64,000 bases of DNA from positions 228,986 to 292,985 of the forward strand of contig JBMFRB010000004.1 in NCBI GenBank assembly GCA_049968255.1. The letters are read 5' to 3'. Below the pieces are notes generated by a model, which was not told where the DNA came from, did no database searches, and worked only from the letters and a program-made list of their open reading frames with translations. This stretch comes from Candidatus Sumerlaeaceae bacterium (lineage in GTDB: Bacteria > Sumerlaeota > Sumerlaeia > Sumerlaeales > Sumerlaeaceae). Below are positions 36,978 through 46,958 of the stretch, in pieces. Every line of letters begins with the position of its first letter. The stretch's first letter is position 1. The position numbers were made by a program, and so were the translations under genes.

Positions 36978-38383
36978 CTCTCACGCCCCAACAACGGATG
37001 AAGATTCCTCGCCACCCCATGCCGGCACGCGAGCCTGAGGTTCGTATGCGTTGCTTCGATGAAGTAGCCTTAGGCTACGACGAGCAGACTGCGCGCGAAG
37101 AGGCCATGCGTTGCCTGCAATGCAAGCATCCCTATTGCATGGAAGGCTGTCCGGTCGCGATAGACATTCCTGGCTTTTTGCGCGAAGTTGTCGCCGGCAA
37201 CCTCGACACGGCTGCCGCAATCATTAAAAAGACGAATAGCCTGCCAAGCATTTGCGGCCGCGTCTGTCCCCAGGAAACTCAATGCGAGGAAAAGTGCGTC
37301 CTAGCGAAAAAAGGTAAGCCGGTCGCCATAGGGGCGCTGGAGCGATTCGTTGCTGATTACGACCGAAAGTTTAGCCTCACGAAGCTGCGGGTTGCCGCCA
37401 AGCCGTCCGGCAAGAAAGTCGCCGTCGTCGGATCTGGCCCGGCAGGCCTTACTGCTGCGGGCACACTTGCGCAGATGGGGCACAGTGTAACCGTCTTTGA
37501 AGCGCTTCACGAGCCGGGAGGAGTTCTAGTTTATGGCATTCCTGAGTTTCGGTTGCCAAAGGAGATTGTGCGCCAGGAGGTTTCATCGCTCCTGAATCTC
37601 GGAGTCGAGTTCGATCTCAACGTTCTTATCGGGCGCACTCTGACGATCGACGAGCTGCTCGCCGACACCTATTCGGCTGTGTTTCTCGCTCCGGGGGCTG
37701 GCGTGCCCCAATTCATGGGGATTCCTGGTGAGAATCTTAACGGCGTGAGCTCCGCGAACGAATTCCTTACGCGTATCAATCTCATGAAGGCATTTCTGTT
37801 CCCTGAGTATGATACGCCGGTCTATTGCGGCAAACGTGTTGCAGTCATCGGCGGGGGAAACACGGCTATGGACGCAGCACGGACAGCTTTGCGGCTTGGC
37901 CCAGAAAAGGTCTATATCGTCTACCGGCGAAGCGAAAAGGAGATGCCAGCGCGTCGAGAGGAAATCGAGCACGCAAAGGAGGAAGGCATCGAGTTCCTGT
38001 GTCTGACAGCCCCGGTAGCCTACCACAGCGATACGCGCGGGTGGGTCACAGAAATGGAATGCATTCGCATGGATCTCTCTGAGCCTGACGAGTCGGGACG
38101 TCGTCGACCCGTGCCGATTCCAGGTTCAAACTTCCGTGTTCCCGTGGACACCGTGATCGTGGCCATCGGGGCCAAGACAAACGATCTTATCGTGAAAACC
38201 ACTGGCGGGCTTTCTGTGGCCAAGAAGGGCTATCTGCTCGTAGACCCCAAAACGCAAATGACCTCGCGTCCAGGGATTTTTGCTGGCGGCGACATTGCCG
38301 GGGGAGAAGCGACGGTGATCGCTGCGATGGGACAAGGCCGCGTCGCAGCGCACAGCATCCACCGTTACATCACGGAGCAGTGA
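36974..38383 (+). CDS. nfnB: NfnB / GltD-like NADPH-dependent flavoprotein with 2 [4Fe-4S] clusters
   Basis: RCLQCKHPYCMEGCP, CGRVCPQETQCE, GSGPAG, YGIPEFRLPK and GGGNTAMDAAR; ATGA overlap with nfnA. Confidence 0.88.
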   Translation: MTLTPQQRMKIPRHPMPAREPEVRMRCFDEVALGYDEQTAREEAMRCLQCKHPYCMEGCPVAIDIPGFLREVVAGNLDTAAAIIKKTNSLPSICGRVCPQETQCEEKCVLAKKGKPVAIGALERFVADYDRKFSLTKLRVAAKPSGKKVAVVGSGPAGLTAAGTLAQMGHSVTVFEALHEPGGVLVYGIPEFRLPKEIVRQEVSSLLNLGVEFDLNVLIGRTLTIDELLADTYSAVFLAPGAGVPQFMGIPGENLNGVSSANEFLTRINLMKAFLFPEYDTPVYCGKRVAVIGGGNTAMDAARTALRLGPEKVYIVYRRSEKEMPARREEIEHAKEEGIEFLCLTAPVAYHSDTRGWVTEMECIRMDLSEPDESGRRRPVPIPGSNFRVPVDTVIVAIGAKTNDLIVKTTGGLSVAKKGYLLVDPKTQMTSRPGIFAGGDIAGGEATVIAAMGQGRVAAHSIHRYITEQ

Positions 38384-38415
38384 ACCGCAAGTGAGGGGCA
38401 CATAAGCCCAGTGAC

Positions 38416-38889
38416 TCAAAAGTACTGAAGGCTTTCCTTCTTGTACTCTTTCGTACTCAACAACAGACGATACTCCGTCACGCCCGTTTTTTCTGAAACT
38501 TCGCGCGCAATTTGTTCGCAGCGCTCGAAAGTTTCACAGTGCATCATACCGAAGAGGTTGTAGGGCCAGGTCGGGTAGGTTGGCCGCTCATAGCAGTGTG
38601 TGATTTCCTTATAGCTCATAAGCACTTCCGCTACTTCACGCGCCTTTTGCCTGTCCGGAACTCGCCAAACACTCATCGCATTGAAAACTTTTCCGACTTT
38701 CTGGTGCTTCAGCACAGCTCCCATCCGTCGGATGATGCCTTTCTTCTTCCACTCGGCAATTTTCTCGAACAATTGGTTTTCGCTCATGCCACAGCGTCGC
38801 GCGATCTCCTCGTATGGATGCAGAGTATCTAGCGGAATCGTTCCCTGAAGTTCGCGGACGATGGACTTCTCAAGATCAGTGAGGGCCAT
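38416..38889 (-). CDS. ahbB: Siroheme decarboxylase subunit beta (AhbB/NirH-like, Lrp/AsnC fold)
   Basis: GIIRRMGAVLKHQKVG, NAMSVW, THCYERP..WPYNLFGMMH and STKEYKK motifs. Confidence 0.88.
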   Translation of the reverse strand: MALTDLEKSIVRELQGTIPLDTLHPYEEIARRCGMSENQLFEKIAEWKKKGIIRRMGAVLKHQKVGKVFNAMSVWRVPDRQKAREVAEVLMSYKEITHCYERPTYPTWPYNLFGMMHCETFERCEQIAREVSEKTGVTEYRLLLSTKEYKKESLQYF

Positions 38890-38892
38890 GAT

Positions 38893-39423
38893 TCACTCCT
38901 CCGTACCCGCTGTATCGGGCGCCGTTGCCTGGGTGGACGGGCCAATTTCAAAATTCACAAAAATCTTGTGCATACGGACCGTTGGCAGGTAGAGCACGTC
39001 CGTCACCCCGGTGCGCTTCTTAATTTCATCCAAAGTGTCCATGAGCTGCTGGCGAGAAGGTGCTGCAAGCGTAAACCAGAGGTTGTAGTCGTGTTCACGT
39101 TTATAGTTGTGCGACACTCCTGCATACTCGCTCACAAACTCGCCAACTTCATCTATGCGTTCCGGCGGGACGCGCATGGCAATGAGTGCGCTCATAAACC
39201 CGAGCTTTTTGGTGTCAAAAACCGCGCCAAGTCGCCGAATAATTCCGCGCTCGACCAGATCAAGAACGCACTCAAACACCTGTTCTTCTGTCACATTTCC
39301 GATTTGCTTCGCCATCTCAGCATAAGGGGAGTGCGCAACAGGAAAGCCGGTCTGGATCACGTTCAGAACAGCCCGATCCAGCTCCGACAGAGAGTCAACA
39401 AGAGATTTGCCATGTGTGCTCAT
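38893..39423 (-). CDS. ahbA: Siroheme decarboxylase subunit alpha (AhbA/NirD-like)
   Basis: LNVIQTGFPV...PY, GIIRRLGAVFD..KLG, GVSHNYKR and YNLWFT motifs. Confidence 0.88.
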   Translation of the reverse strand: MSTHGKSLVDSLSELDRAVLNVIQTGFPVAHSPYAEMAKQIGNVTEEQVFECVLDLVERGIIRRLGAVFDTKKLGFMSALIAMRVPPERIDEVGEFVSEYAGVSHNYKREHDYNLWFTLAAPSRQQLMDTLDEIKKRTGVTDVLYLPTVRMHKIFVNFEIGPSTQATAPDTAGTEE

Positions 39424-39468
39424 GGGAAGAGAGCCTTAGCTGCGCGATAGAGAACATCGTTAGTCCAC

Positions 39469-40935
39469 TTACCGTTGTCGTGTCTGGGCATTCGCACCAG
39501 GCAGAGCATGTTCCTCCGTGGAAAAAACCCGTGGAAAACCTAAGGATCGGCGCGGTTTTCTTCCGATCACAACAGCGGAAAGGCCGAAGGGCAAACTCAA
39601 TCGATCCAGTAGGGTTGCGAGGGGGAGTAGCAACTTCTGCAGCCACAGATGGCCAGGGCGAATCTCCTTCGCCCGAAAAATTTTACCTGCAACGAACCAC
39701 CCTATTGCGCCTATTGGGTTAAAGTAATATTGATCCTCCACCGCGAATCCGGCCTCGCGTACTTTTGCGGCGAGCTCGGCCAGCGAATAGCGCCGGAAAT
39801 GGCCCAGATTTCTGTCCATTTTGCAATAAAGACTTTGGTGAGCAGGGACAAGAAGAAGCAAGCGTCCCCCGGCTTGCAGGATTTCAAACATGTGCCGAAG
39901 GGCAGCGCGGTCCTCCTCAATATGTTCCAGAACATTCGTGCAGACCATGGTGTCGGCTCCGAACGCGATGAGGTCCGCCGGCGGTGGCTGTGTTGCATCG
40001 TAATGCATGACTTGCAAGTTTGTTCGCCCGCGAAATTTCTCATTAAGGTACTCGACGTAGTCGCTCCGCACATCAGTCACCAACACCGCACGGTTGGAGT
40101 TTCGGCAAAGGAATTCGATGTTGTTCCCGATACCAGCGCCTATTTCGACGACGCATTGCCCAAGAAATGGCTCCAATTTACCGTAGATCCATTCGGCGTA
40201 GGCGCCGAAACTCTCGAGGTTCCGCAAGGTAGCTTTGCCATAATCTCTGTACCGGCCACGCGCGTACTTCAGAATGCACCAAATGGCCTGCAGCCCATCC
40301 TTCCAGCCGATTTTTTTCCCTTCAGCGTAGCTGCGCCCGTCGTAAGAAATACCAACCTCATAAATGCGCAGATCCATTCGGGCCAGTTTTGCCGTGATCT
40401 CCGGCTCGAAACCAAATCGGTCCTGCTCAATCTGGATCTGCTTCAGCACGTCGGCACGGATCATTTTATAACATGTTTCCATATCCGTGAGAGTGAGGTT
40501 GGTGAACATATTTGAGAGCAACGTGAGAAACTTGTTTCCCACGGCATGCCAGAAATAGAGCACGCGGTGTGCTTTTCCTGTGAGAAAGCGCGAGCCGTAG
40601 ACCACATCGGCTTTGCCTTGCAGGATTGGCTCGAGAAGCAAATGGTATTCCTGCGGGTCGTACTCAAGGTCAGCGTCCTGGATGATTACGTAATCGCCGG
40701 TGACATGTTGGACCCCGGTGCGGATTGCAGCACCTTTGCCCATGTTTTTCTCGTGGAAAACAACCTTATCCACGAAGGTATGCAACTCCGATTCGAGCAG
40801 CTCACGAGTCCCATCCGTCGAGCAGTCGTCTACCACAATAATTTCCTTTGGAATATCAACTGCTCGAACACGCTCGATGATTTTGCGAAGCGTGGCGCGC
40901 TCGTTATAAACAGGTATGATGATGCTGAGTTTCAT
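39469..40935 (-). CDS. Fusion of DPM-synthase-like GT2 glycosyltransferase and class I SAM-dependent methyltransferase
   Basis: [41 protein letters not shown]; then [19 protein letters not shown] and GHFRRY. Confidence 0.9.
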   Translation of the reverse strand: MKLSIIIPVYNERATLRKIIERVRAVDIPKEIIVVDDCSTDGTRELLESELHTFVDKVVFHEKNMGKGAAIRTGVQHVTGDYVIIQDADLEYDPQEYHLLLEPILQGKADVVYGSRFLTGKAHRVLYFWHAVGNKFLTLLSNMFTNLTLTDMETCYKMIRADVLKQIQIEQDRFGFEPEITAKLARMDLRIYEVGISYDGRSYAEGKKIGWKDGLQAIWCILKYARGRYRDYGKATLRNLESFGAYAEWIYGKLEPFLGQCVVEIGAGIGNNIEFLCRNSNRAVLVTDVRSDYVEYLNEKFRGRTNLQVMHYDATQPPPADLIAFGADTMVCTNVLEHIEEDRAALRHMFEILQAGGRLLLLVPAHQSLYCKMDRNLGHFRRYSLAELAAKVREAGFAVEDQYYFNPIGAIGWFVAGKIFRAKEIRPGHLWLQKLLLPLATLLDRLSLPFGLSAVVIGRKPRRSLGFPRVFSTEEHALPGANAQTRQR

Positions 40936-41181
40936 ACCTCTCCAGAGTGTCCGTCCTTGTAGTGGGTCATGTTTCAGGCGTTGCGAACACCTGTTGCAAG
41001 CTCCTTTTTGTTCGGCCGGTGGAGGTTTGTGGTGTTTGTGTGCAGACGGTTGACCAGGACTGTTGTCTCAGCCGGGTGCGAAAAAGCCCTCGTGGTGTCA
41101 CCGAGCGCACAAGAAAAACTGTTGCCGTGGCAAGTCTCAGCATGATGAACTCTTCAAGAGAACATTAGCGGAGGAATATCC

Positions 41182-42948
41182 ATGCGCCAAAAACGTCACT
41201 CCTTCTCTCACCTCCTGTTTGCATGCTTGTGCTTGTCGGCATTGCTAGCCCTCTCCCATGCCGCGGCGCCAAAAAGCGAAAGCCGAGCGGAATCTCTCCA
41301 GCAAGGTCTCGCGCAGCGCAAGGTTCCACGGCTAGCCGTGCTCATCGTGTTTGATCAATTTGCCTATCAATACTTGGTGCGATTCGCCGACCTTTATCTG
41401 CCGCCAATTAATCCTAAAGATGGGAAAATCGGCGGATTCCGATATCTGATGGAAAAAGGAGCCTGGTTAGCAGATGCTCACTTTTCCCACATACCAACGT
41501 TTACCGGTCCTGGCCACTCGGTGCTTATGACCGGCGCGCCCCTATCGGAAACGGGAATTGTCGGCAACAGTTGGATCACGCCAGAAGGCAAACGACTGAA
41601 CTGTGTCGAAGATCCTAACCAAAAGATCATAGGAGCAGAGAATCCGCGGGCTAGAGCCGCCTCGCCGGTAAACCTGCGAGCCTCGACCGTTGGCGATGAA
41701 TTGCGGCTTGCCACAAACGGTGTGGCAAGAGTTGTGGGCGTCGCCATCAAAGACCGTGGGTCGGTCCTGCCCGCCGGTCACAATCCTACCGCATGTGTCT
41801 GGTTCGACGATGGGACTGGAAACTGGGTGACGAGCACCTGGTACACAACCGGTACGCTTCCTCGTTTTGCCGAGAAGGTGAACAAAGAGCGTCTTTCTGA
41901 CAAGTGGTTTGGGGCAAGTTGGGACCGCGCTCTTGAGCCGAAAGTTTATGAAACCCGCTGCACGCGGCCTCGTCCGGACTTTCAGGGAAACGCCGGCGGC
42001 CTTGGGGCAGGTTGGCCAAAGCGACTGGCTCCGCCGAATACCGATGCTCCCAATCAGGAGTACTATTCGCGCCTCACGAATAGTCCCTACGGTGTTGTGA
42101 TGACCTTTGAGGTTGCCCAGGCTGCCATCGAGGATGAGCGCTTAGGAGCCGACGAAGTTCCAGACATCCTGACAATTAGCTGTTCCTCGCCTGACTATGC
42201 CCTGCATTCCTACGGCCCTAACAGCGAGGAAGCTCTAGATATGGCGGTTCGCTGCGATCGTGCGCTCAGCGATTTCCTCAACGTCCTGAAGGAGCAGGTC
42301 CCGGGCGGCCTCGATTCGGTTGTGCTGGCGGTCACTGCCGACCATGGTATCGTTGCGATCCCTGAAGTTGCTCACGATGAAGAAAAACTGCAGGTCGGCC
42401 ACGTGGAATCTAAAGCCATCGAAGCAGCGGCACACGGCGCCATCGCTAAGCGAACGGGCAATACCACAGCTGCAGAAAAGCTTTTGTTTGGTTATAGCGA
42501 GCCTTATATCTACTTGGACCGCAAGCTGGCTGCTGACCGGCATCTTGATTTGAGCAGCTTGCGAGCCGCTATCGCGGAAGAGGTACTCAAACTCGACGGT
42601 GTCTACTGCGTCTTCACTTACGACCAGATTGCCAAAGGCCAGCTTCCTCAGGGGCGAGTCGCCGAACTTGTCTACAATGGTTTTGATCCCAAGCGCAGCG
42701 GCGATGTCATCGTGATTCTCGACCCTGGTTGGCTCCCCGGCAGCGGATACAAAGGGACCTCTCACGGCTCGCCTTGGACCTACGACACGCATATTCCCCT
42801 GCTCTTTGTGGGCAAATACATTGTGCCAGGTGTCTACACGAACCGTGCCGATGCGAAGGATATTGCGCCGACCTTCTCCTTCTTGCTGGGAATTAATCCC
42901 CCTAACTGTTCGCGCGGCCGCATCCTCGGCGAGATTTTACAAAAGTAA
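41182..42948 (+). CDS. Secreted alkaline phosphatase, PafA-like
   Basis: Signal peptide (LSHA-A), FDQF, nucleophile region PTFTGPGHS, KDRGS, DYALH, TADHG and HGSPWTYDTHIPL. Confidence 0.88.
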   Translation: MRQKRHSFSHLLFACLCLSALLALSHAAAPKSESRAESLQQGLAQRKVPRLAVLIVFDQFAYQYLVRFADLYLPPINPKDGKIGGFRYLMEKGAWLADAHFSHIPTFTGPGHSVLMTGAPLSETGIVGNSWITPEGKRLNCVEDPNQKIIGAENPRARAASPVNLRASTVGDELRLATNGVARVVGVAIKDRGSVLPAGHNPTACVWFDDGTGNWVTSTWYTTGTLPRFAEKVNKERLSDKWFGASWDRALEPKVYETRCTRPRPDFQGNAGGLGAGWPKRLAPPNTDAPNQEYYSRLTNSPYGVVMTFEVAQAAIEDERLGADEVPDILTISCSSPDYALHSYGPNSEEALDMAVRCDRALSDFLNVLKEQVPGGLDSVVLAVTADHGIVAIPEVAHDEEKLQVGHVESKAIEAAAHGAIAKRTGNTTAAEKLLFGYSEPYIYLDRKLAADRHLDLSSLRAAIAEEVLKLDGVYCVFTYDQIAKGQLPQGRVAELVYNGFDPKRSGDVIVILDPGWLPGSGYKGTSHGSPWTYDTHIPLLFVGKYIVPGVYTNRADAKDIAPTFSFLLGINPPNCSRGRILGEILQK

Positions 42949-43033
42949 TGCGCAAGAGCTCTGGCGCAACGGACGCCTAACCGAAATATGGGCCTTGAAT
43001 GAGAGGCGACGCTTTGCGCGTCGCCTCTCGCAT

Positions 43034-44002
43034 TTATTGCGACGGAGCGTTTGTTTGAACCTTCTGAGGCCAAGCTTCGGAAGGAAGATGAAAATAGACA
43101 AAACTCAGTTCATAGGGGGCGAGGGGCTGATTGATCTGCAGGCTGTCAAAATACCACTCTGAGCGACGCGCAAGGCTCCCGTCTGCTGCGTACTCGTATT
43201 TGATCCGATGCGCAGGAATCCAAATTTGATTTCCCGCCTTGCCGAGAACAATCATCGTTTCGAAGATCTTGCGCCCTCCGCTAAACCTTCCGATGTATTC
43301 GGCCAAATATCCTTTTGATGGATTAATAAGATAACGCAATGATTCGCTTGGCGCCCCAGGATTCGAGAAGAGCACCCACAGCCGTGGGCCATCTTTTTCC
43401 TTGGTGGGCACGATCTGTGGTGGGGCCTCCATTGCCTTCTGCGTTGCGTAAAGATCGGCTAACGTTACTGGCTCGTCAGCCAATTGCTCGATCCGAAATG
43501 AAACGATGGGATTGCGCTCGTGCACGGCAGGATTGTAAGGCGTCCGTTTGACCCAGCCGTTGGGATTCTTCGGCGCCGGTTTTATCGCGTACACCAAGTC
43601 ATCGCGCACCAGGTAGGCAGCCAGGACTTTATCCCACTCGGGTTTTTCTCGCAAATGGCCAACAGGTGTTTTTCCATCCCAAGGCAGGATGAGATTTACG
43701 CTTGCCGTACTGGAGTAGGCAAAATGCACAAGTCTCAGGGGCGGAACCTGCGAGGTGCGCGTGGTATAGTTATCTTCTCGCCACACGGCAACTCCACGAG
43801 CAGAGTGAATTTGGTCGAGCGTTTCTCGTTGGCGCGCCACAACTTGGGCTAAGGTGATGGTTGTGCTTTGCATCGGTCGAACGGGGCGTACTGTCGCCAG
43901 CGAGGGAGTCTCAGCAATCGCGAGGGATTCCATGGTAGCGAGAGCCATGACCAATCCGATACGAGCATATGAGAGTTTCTTACTCAGATTAAACCCAATC
44001 AT
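43034..44002 (-). CDS. Exported hypothetical protein (possibly LolA-like fold)
   Basis: Signal-like N-terminus (LAIA-E); beta-rich body ending IWIP...LQINQPL...F; start overlaps the GH13 stop. Confidence 0.65.
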   Translation of the reverse strand: MIGFNLSKKLSYARIGLVMALATMESLAIAETPSLATVRPVRPMQSTTITLAQVVARQRETLDQIHSARGVAVWREDNYTTRTSQVPPLRLVHFAYSSTASVNLILPWDGKTPVGHLREKPEWDKVLAAYLVRDDLVYAIKPAPKNPNGWVKRTPYNPAVHERNPIVSFRIEQLADEPVTLADLYATQKAMEAPPQIVPTKEKDGPRLWVLFSNPGAPSESLRYLINPSKGYLAEYIGRFSGGRKIFETMIVLGKAGNQIWIPAHRIKYEYAADGSLARRSEWYFDSLQINQPLAPYELSFVYFHLPSEAWPQKVQTNAPSQ

Positions 44003-45441
44003 TGTTTTGTCCCGATATTCCTCCCATTATCATAGCCACTAAAAAAGCTATAGCGTGGACGCTTTGCATCGGAGGGGACAAAGAATGCCACATCGTAAGG
44101 CTCGAATCGAGCCACAAAACTGCCGCTTTCCATGCGCGAAACGCGTTCGGGCTGCAAAACATCCACCAGAGGCAATGAATCAAACATCGAGCTCAACGGT
44201 ACAAAAAAACGCCCTTTCACATCCGTTTCGCCCACGTTGGCCAAAACGACGACGGTGTCTTTTGGGTGCTCTGTTGTTCGAGCAAACGCCAGTATCGTCG
44301 GATACGCAGGTTGAGGGAGACTCTCGAAGCCGCCTTCACGAAGCGCAGGATACTTCGCGCGAAGTGACAATAACAATTTAGCAAATTCGAACATCGGAAT
44401 ATCCCACTCGGCTGAGTCCCATAGCATTGGCGCACGATTCATGGGATCACGTCCCCCGCGCATTCCAATCTCTTCGCCATAATAAATCATCGGCACTCCC
44501 GGGAAGCTGCACGCGAGGGCAAAGGCCAGGCGTCGACGCTCGATGTCAGGAAATAACGAGGCGATGCGTGGCGTGTCGTGGCTGGCGAGCATGTTCCACG
44601 AACGCAACAGCGCGGGATAATGGTAGCGTTTCACCATTCTTTTTAGGTTTGTGGCCGCTTGCGCACTCGAAATCTCACCAGAAAGTAAGGCGAGCACCGT
44701 GGCGCGGAAGTAATAATTCATCACACCGTGAAGCCCCTCTTCGCGCACAAATTCCTGTGCGTACGCCATCACTTCGCCGATAGCCCCGTCGGGGGCCTGC
44801 TCCTCTTCGGTAATTTCGGCAATACGCCCGCTAAGCGTGGGGCCCAGATCATTAGCGCAGTCGAGACGCCACCCCGTGGCTCCCCGCCGAAGCCAATGGC
44901 GAACAACAGAATCGGGCCCTTCGATAAGGGTTTCGCGAACGTGGGGATGATCTAGGTTCAGCTCTGGCAAGCCCTTGTGACTTTGCCAGCATTCGTAGTC
45001 GTGCGGATGTTCGATCCAGGAAAAGTAGGCCAATTCTGGCGACGATGCATCGTTTCTCGCCTGCACAAACCAGTGGTGGGTTGATCCCACATGATTGAAA
45101 ACGCCATCCAAGAATAACCCAAGATCTCGACGTTGGCAATCCTTCACCAAACGTTCGAAAGCCGCGTTACCGCCGAAAGATTCATCAACGTGGTAGTAAT
45201 CAGCCACGTCGTACTTATGATTCGAAGGTGCTGTGAAAATTGGTGTCAGGTAAAGCGCATCGCAGCCTAGTCCGGTAATATGGGTAAGGCGGTGACCGAT
45301 CCCATCCAAACTCCCCCCTGCGTGAACTTTCCAAGGCGAATTATACTCAGGAAGGGAAAGTTGTTCACCCTGAGGACCGGCGAAGCGATCAACAAAAATC
45401 TCGTACACGGCCGTGCGAGGCCGTCCCAGAAAACGTCGCAT
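43999..45441 (-). CDS. GH13 alpha-amylase family (neopullulanase/cyclomaltodextrinase-like)
   Basis: YEIFVDRF, LYLTPIF, SNHKYD, DGVFNH, and the catalytic triad in WRLDCA, IGEVM and SHDTPR; start moved to the ATG at 45441. Confidence 0.92.
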   Translation of the reverse strand: MRRFLGRPRTAVYEIFVDRFAGPQGEQLSLPEYNSPWKVHAGGSLDGIGHRLTHITGLGCDALYLTPIFTAPSNHKYDVADYYHVDESFGGNAAFERLVKDCQRRDLGLFLDGVFNHVGSTHHWFVQARNDASSPELAYFSWIEHPHDYECWQSHKGLPELNLDHPHVRETLIEGPDSVVRHWLRRGATGWRLDCANDLGPTLSGRIAEITEEEQAPDGAIGEVMAYAQEFVREEGLHGVMNYYFRATVLALLSGEISSAQAATNLKRMVKRYHYPALLRSWNMLASHDTPRIASLFPDIERRRLAFALACSFPGVPMIYYGEEIGMRGGRDPMNRAPMLWDSAEWDIPMFEFAKLLLSLRAKYPALREGGFESLPQPAYPTILAFARTTEHPKDTVVVLANVGETDVKGRFFVPLSSMFDSLPLVDVLQPERVSRMESGSFVARFEPYDVAFFVPSDAKRPRYSFFSGYDNGRNIGTKQ

Positions 45442-45443
45442 GA

Positions 45444-46448
45444 CTACGTCCTTCCATAGCTTCGAAGTGCCATCAATGTTGATTCGAAATCCGCTGGGAG
45501 AGGCGAGTCGAATTCCAGCGTCTGGCCAGTGCGCGGGTGTTGAAAACTTAGAGACTTCGCGTGAAGCATCTGTCGTGTAACTTGCCCAAGCACGCGGAGG
45601 AGCATCTGATTCTTGGGCGCCACGAGCTGCATCGCGCGCTTGACGTCGCCCCCATATGCGGGGTCGCCCAGAACGGGATGGCCAATGCTCGACATGTGAA
45701 CACGGATCTGATGCGTGCGGCCAGTTTCGAGCTGACACTTGACTAGACAAAATCCGTGGAAGCGTTCAAGTACCCAGTAATGGGTGACAGCGTGCCGGCC
45801 TCCTTGGCGCACAGCGGCCATCTTCGTGCGTTGTGCAGGGTGGCGCGCAATTGGAGTATCCACCGTCCCAACGTTGTGGCGAAGCTCGCGCAGCACAATC
45901 GCCAAGTAAACACGATGAATGTCACGTCGTGCTAGAGCCTCAGAAAGCCGCCTGTGTGCCATGTCGTTTTTCGCCACGAGCATGAGTCCGGTGGTATCCT
46001 TGTCCAAGCGATGAACGATGCCCGGTCGCTCAACCCCTCCCACGGTGGACAGGTGTCCCAACCGTGCCAACAGAGCATTGACAAGAGTGCCGTCGGGTGT
46101 TCCGGCCCCGGGATGAACAGCAAGTCCGGACGGCTTGTTGATAACAAGCAAATCATCGTCTTCATAGATCACGTCGATGGGTATGTCCTGCGCGATCGGT
46201 TTCGCCGGCTTCGGCGGCGGAATCGCGACCGATATGCGTTGTCCTTTTTCTACTTTGTCCTTTGCACGAGGGACCGCGGATATGTAGGTGTGCACCGCTC
46301 CTGCCTCGATGAGTTGCTGAATTCGGTTACGCGACAACCATGGCAACTTTTTTGCCAAGTAAACGTCCAACCTTTGGCCAGCATCCGCCGCGACCACTTC
46401 CAACTCAATGCACTCTGGCGGAGAACTGTGCTCTGCGTACTCGGTCAT
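45444..46448 (-). CDS. rluD: RluA/RluD family 23S rRNA pseudouridine synthase with S4 domain
   Basis: RLDVYL S4 domain, NKPSGL.VHPG, catalytic GIVHRLDKDTTG, LETGRTHQIRVH and GDPAYG. Confidence 0.9.
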   Translation of the reverse strand: MTEYAEHSSPPECIELEVVAADAGQRLDVYLAKKLPWLSRNRIQQLIEAGAVHTYISAVPRAKDKVEKGQRISVAIPPPKPAKPIAQDIPIDVIYEDDDLLVINKPSGLAVHPGAGTPDGTLVNALLARLGHLSTVGGVERPGIVHRLDKDTTGLMLVAKNDMAHRRLSEALARRDIHRVYLAIVLRELRHNVGTVDTPIARHPAQRTKMAAVRQGGRHAVTHYWVLERFHGFCLVKCQLETGRTHQIRVHMSSIGHPVLGDPAYGGDVKRAMQLVAPKNQMLLRVLGQVTRQMLHAKSLSFQHPRTGQTLEFDSPLPADFESTLMALRSYGRT

Positions 46449-46581
46449 GTGAATAGAATCTCTGGTCAATATTGGAACGATTCTATAAAAATTTCACTCA
46501 TCCATTTCGCATCTTTGCGGAATGCGGACGACGGAAAATTGTATAGTCAAACGCGCATGCCAGTGTGCGCGTAGGTGGCGA

Positions 46582-46657
46582 GCTGATGTAGCTCAGCTGG
46601 CAGAGCAGCTGATTCGTAATCAGCAGGTCGTCGGTTCGAATCCGACCATCAGCTCCA
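46582..46657 (+). tRNA. tRNA-Thr (CGT)
   Basis: GCTGATGTAGCTCAGCTGGCAGAGC-A-GCTGA TTCGTAA TCAGC...GGTTCGAATCC...CCA; 76 nt. Confidence 0.96.
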
Positions 46658-46726
46658 CTTTTTCCACCCACGGAATTTGAACGCTCGGTGTCTGCCGTCC
46701 CTGTTGATCTTTGACTCACGAGAAAA

Positions 46727-46804
46727 TGGTACGCCCGGCAGGATTCGAACCTGCGACCTTTTGCTCCGGAGGCAAACGCTCTATCCGGGCTGAGCTACGG
46801 GCGC
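46727..46804 (-). tRNA. tRNA-Arg (CCG)
   Basis: Minus strand GCGCCCGTAGCTCAGCCCGGATAGAGC-G-TTTGC CTCCGGA GCAAA...GGTTCGAATCC...ACCA. Confidence 0.96.
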
Positions 46805-46958
46805 ACCTTGTACTTGTTCCAAGATTACTACCGCCAGCCAGCAAGGATTATTGTCACACGTCTGAGAAATTGCGCTTCCTCCGTTCTGGAGTCTATCACC
46901 TAGAGTACGACAGCTTTGAGAGTCTGAAACGGGCCAAGAAATCAAACGGATGGTGCCG

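Noticed and set aside
39649-40515. 288-aa + strand ORF
   Set aside because: Antisense to the well-supported GT2-methyltransferase gene
45442-45750. N-terminal 103-aa extension of the GH13 ORF
   Set aside because: Overlaps the conserved C-terminus of rluD; the ATG at 45441 is the better start
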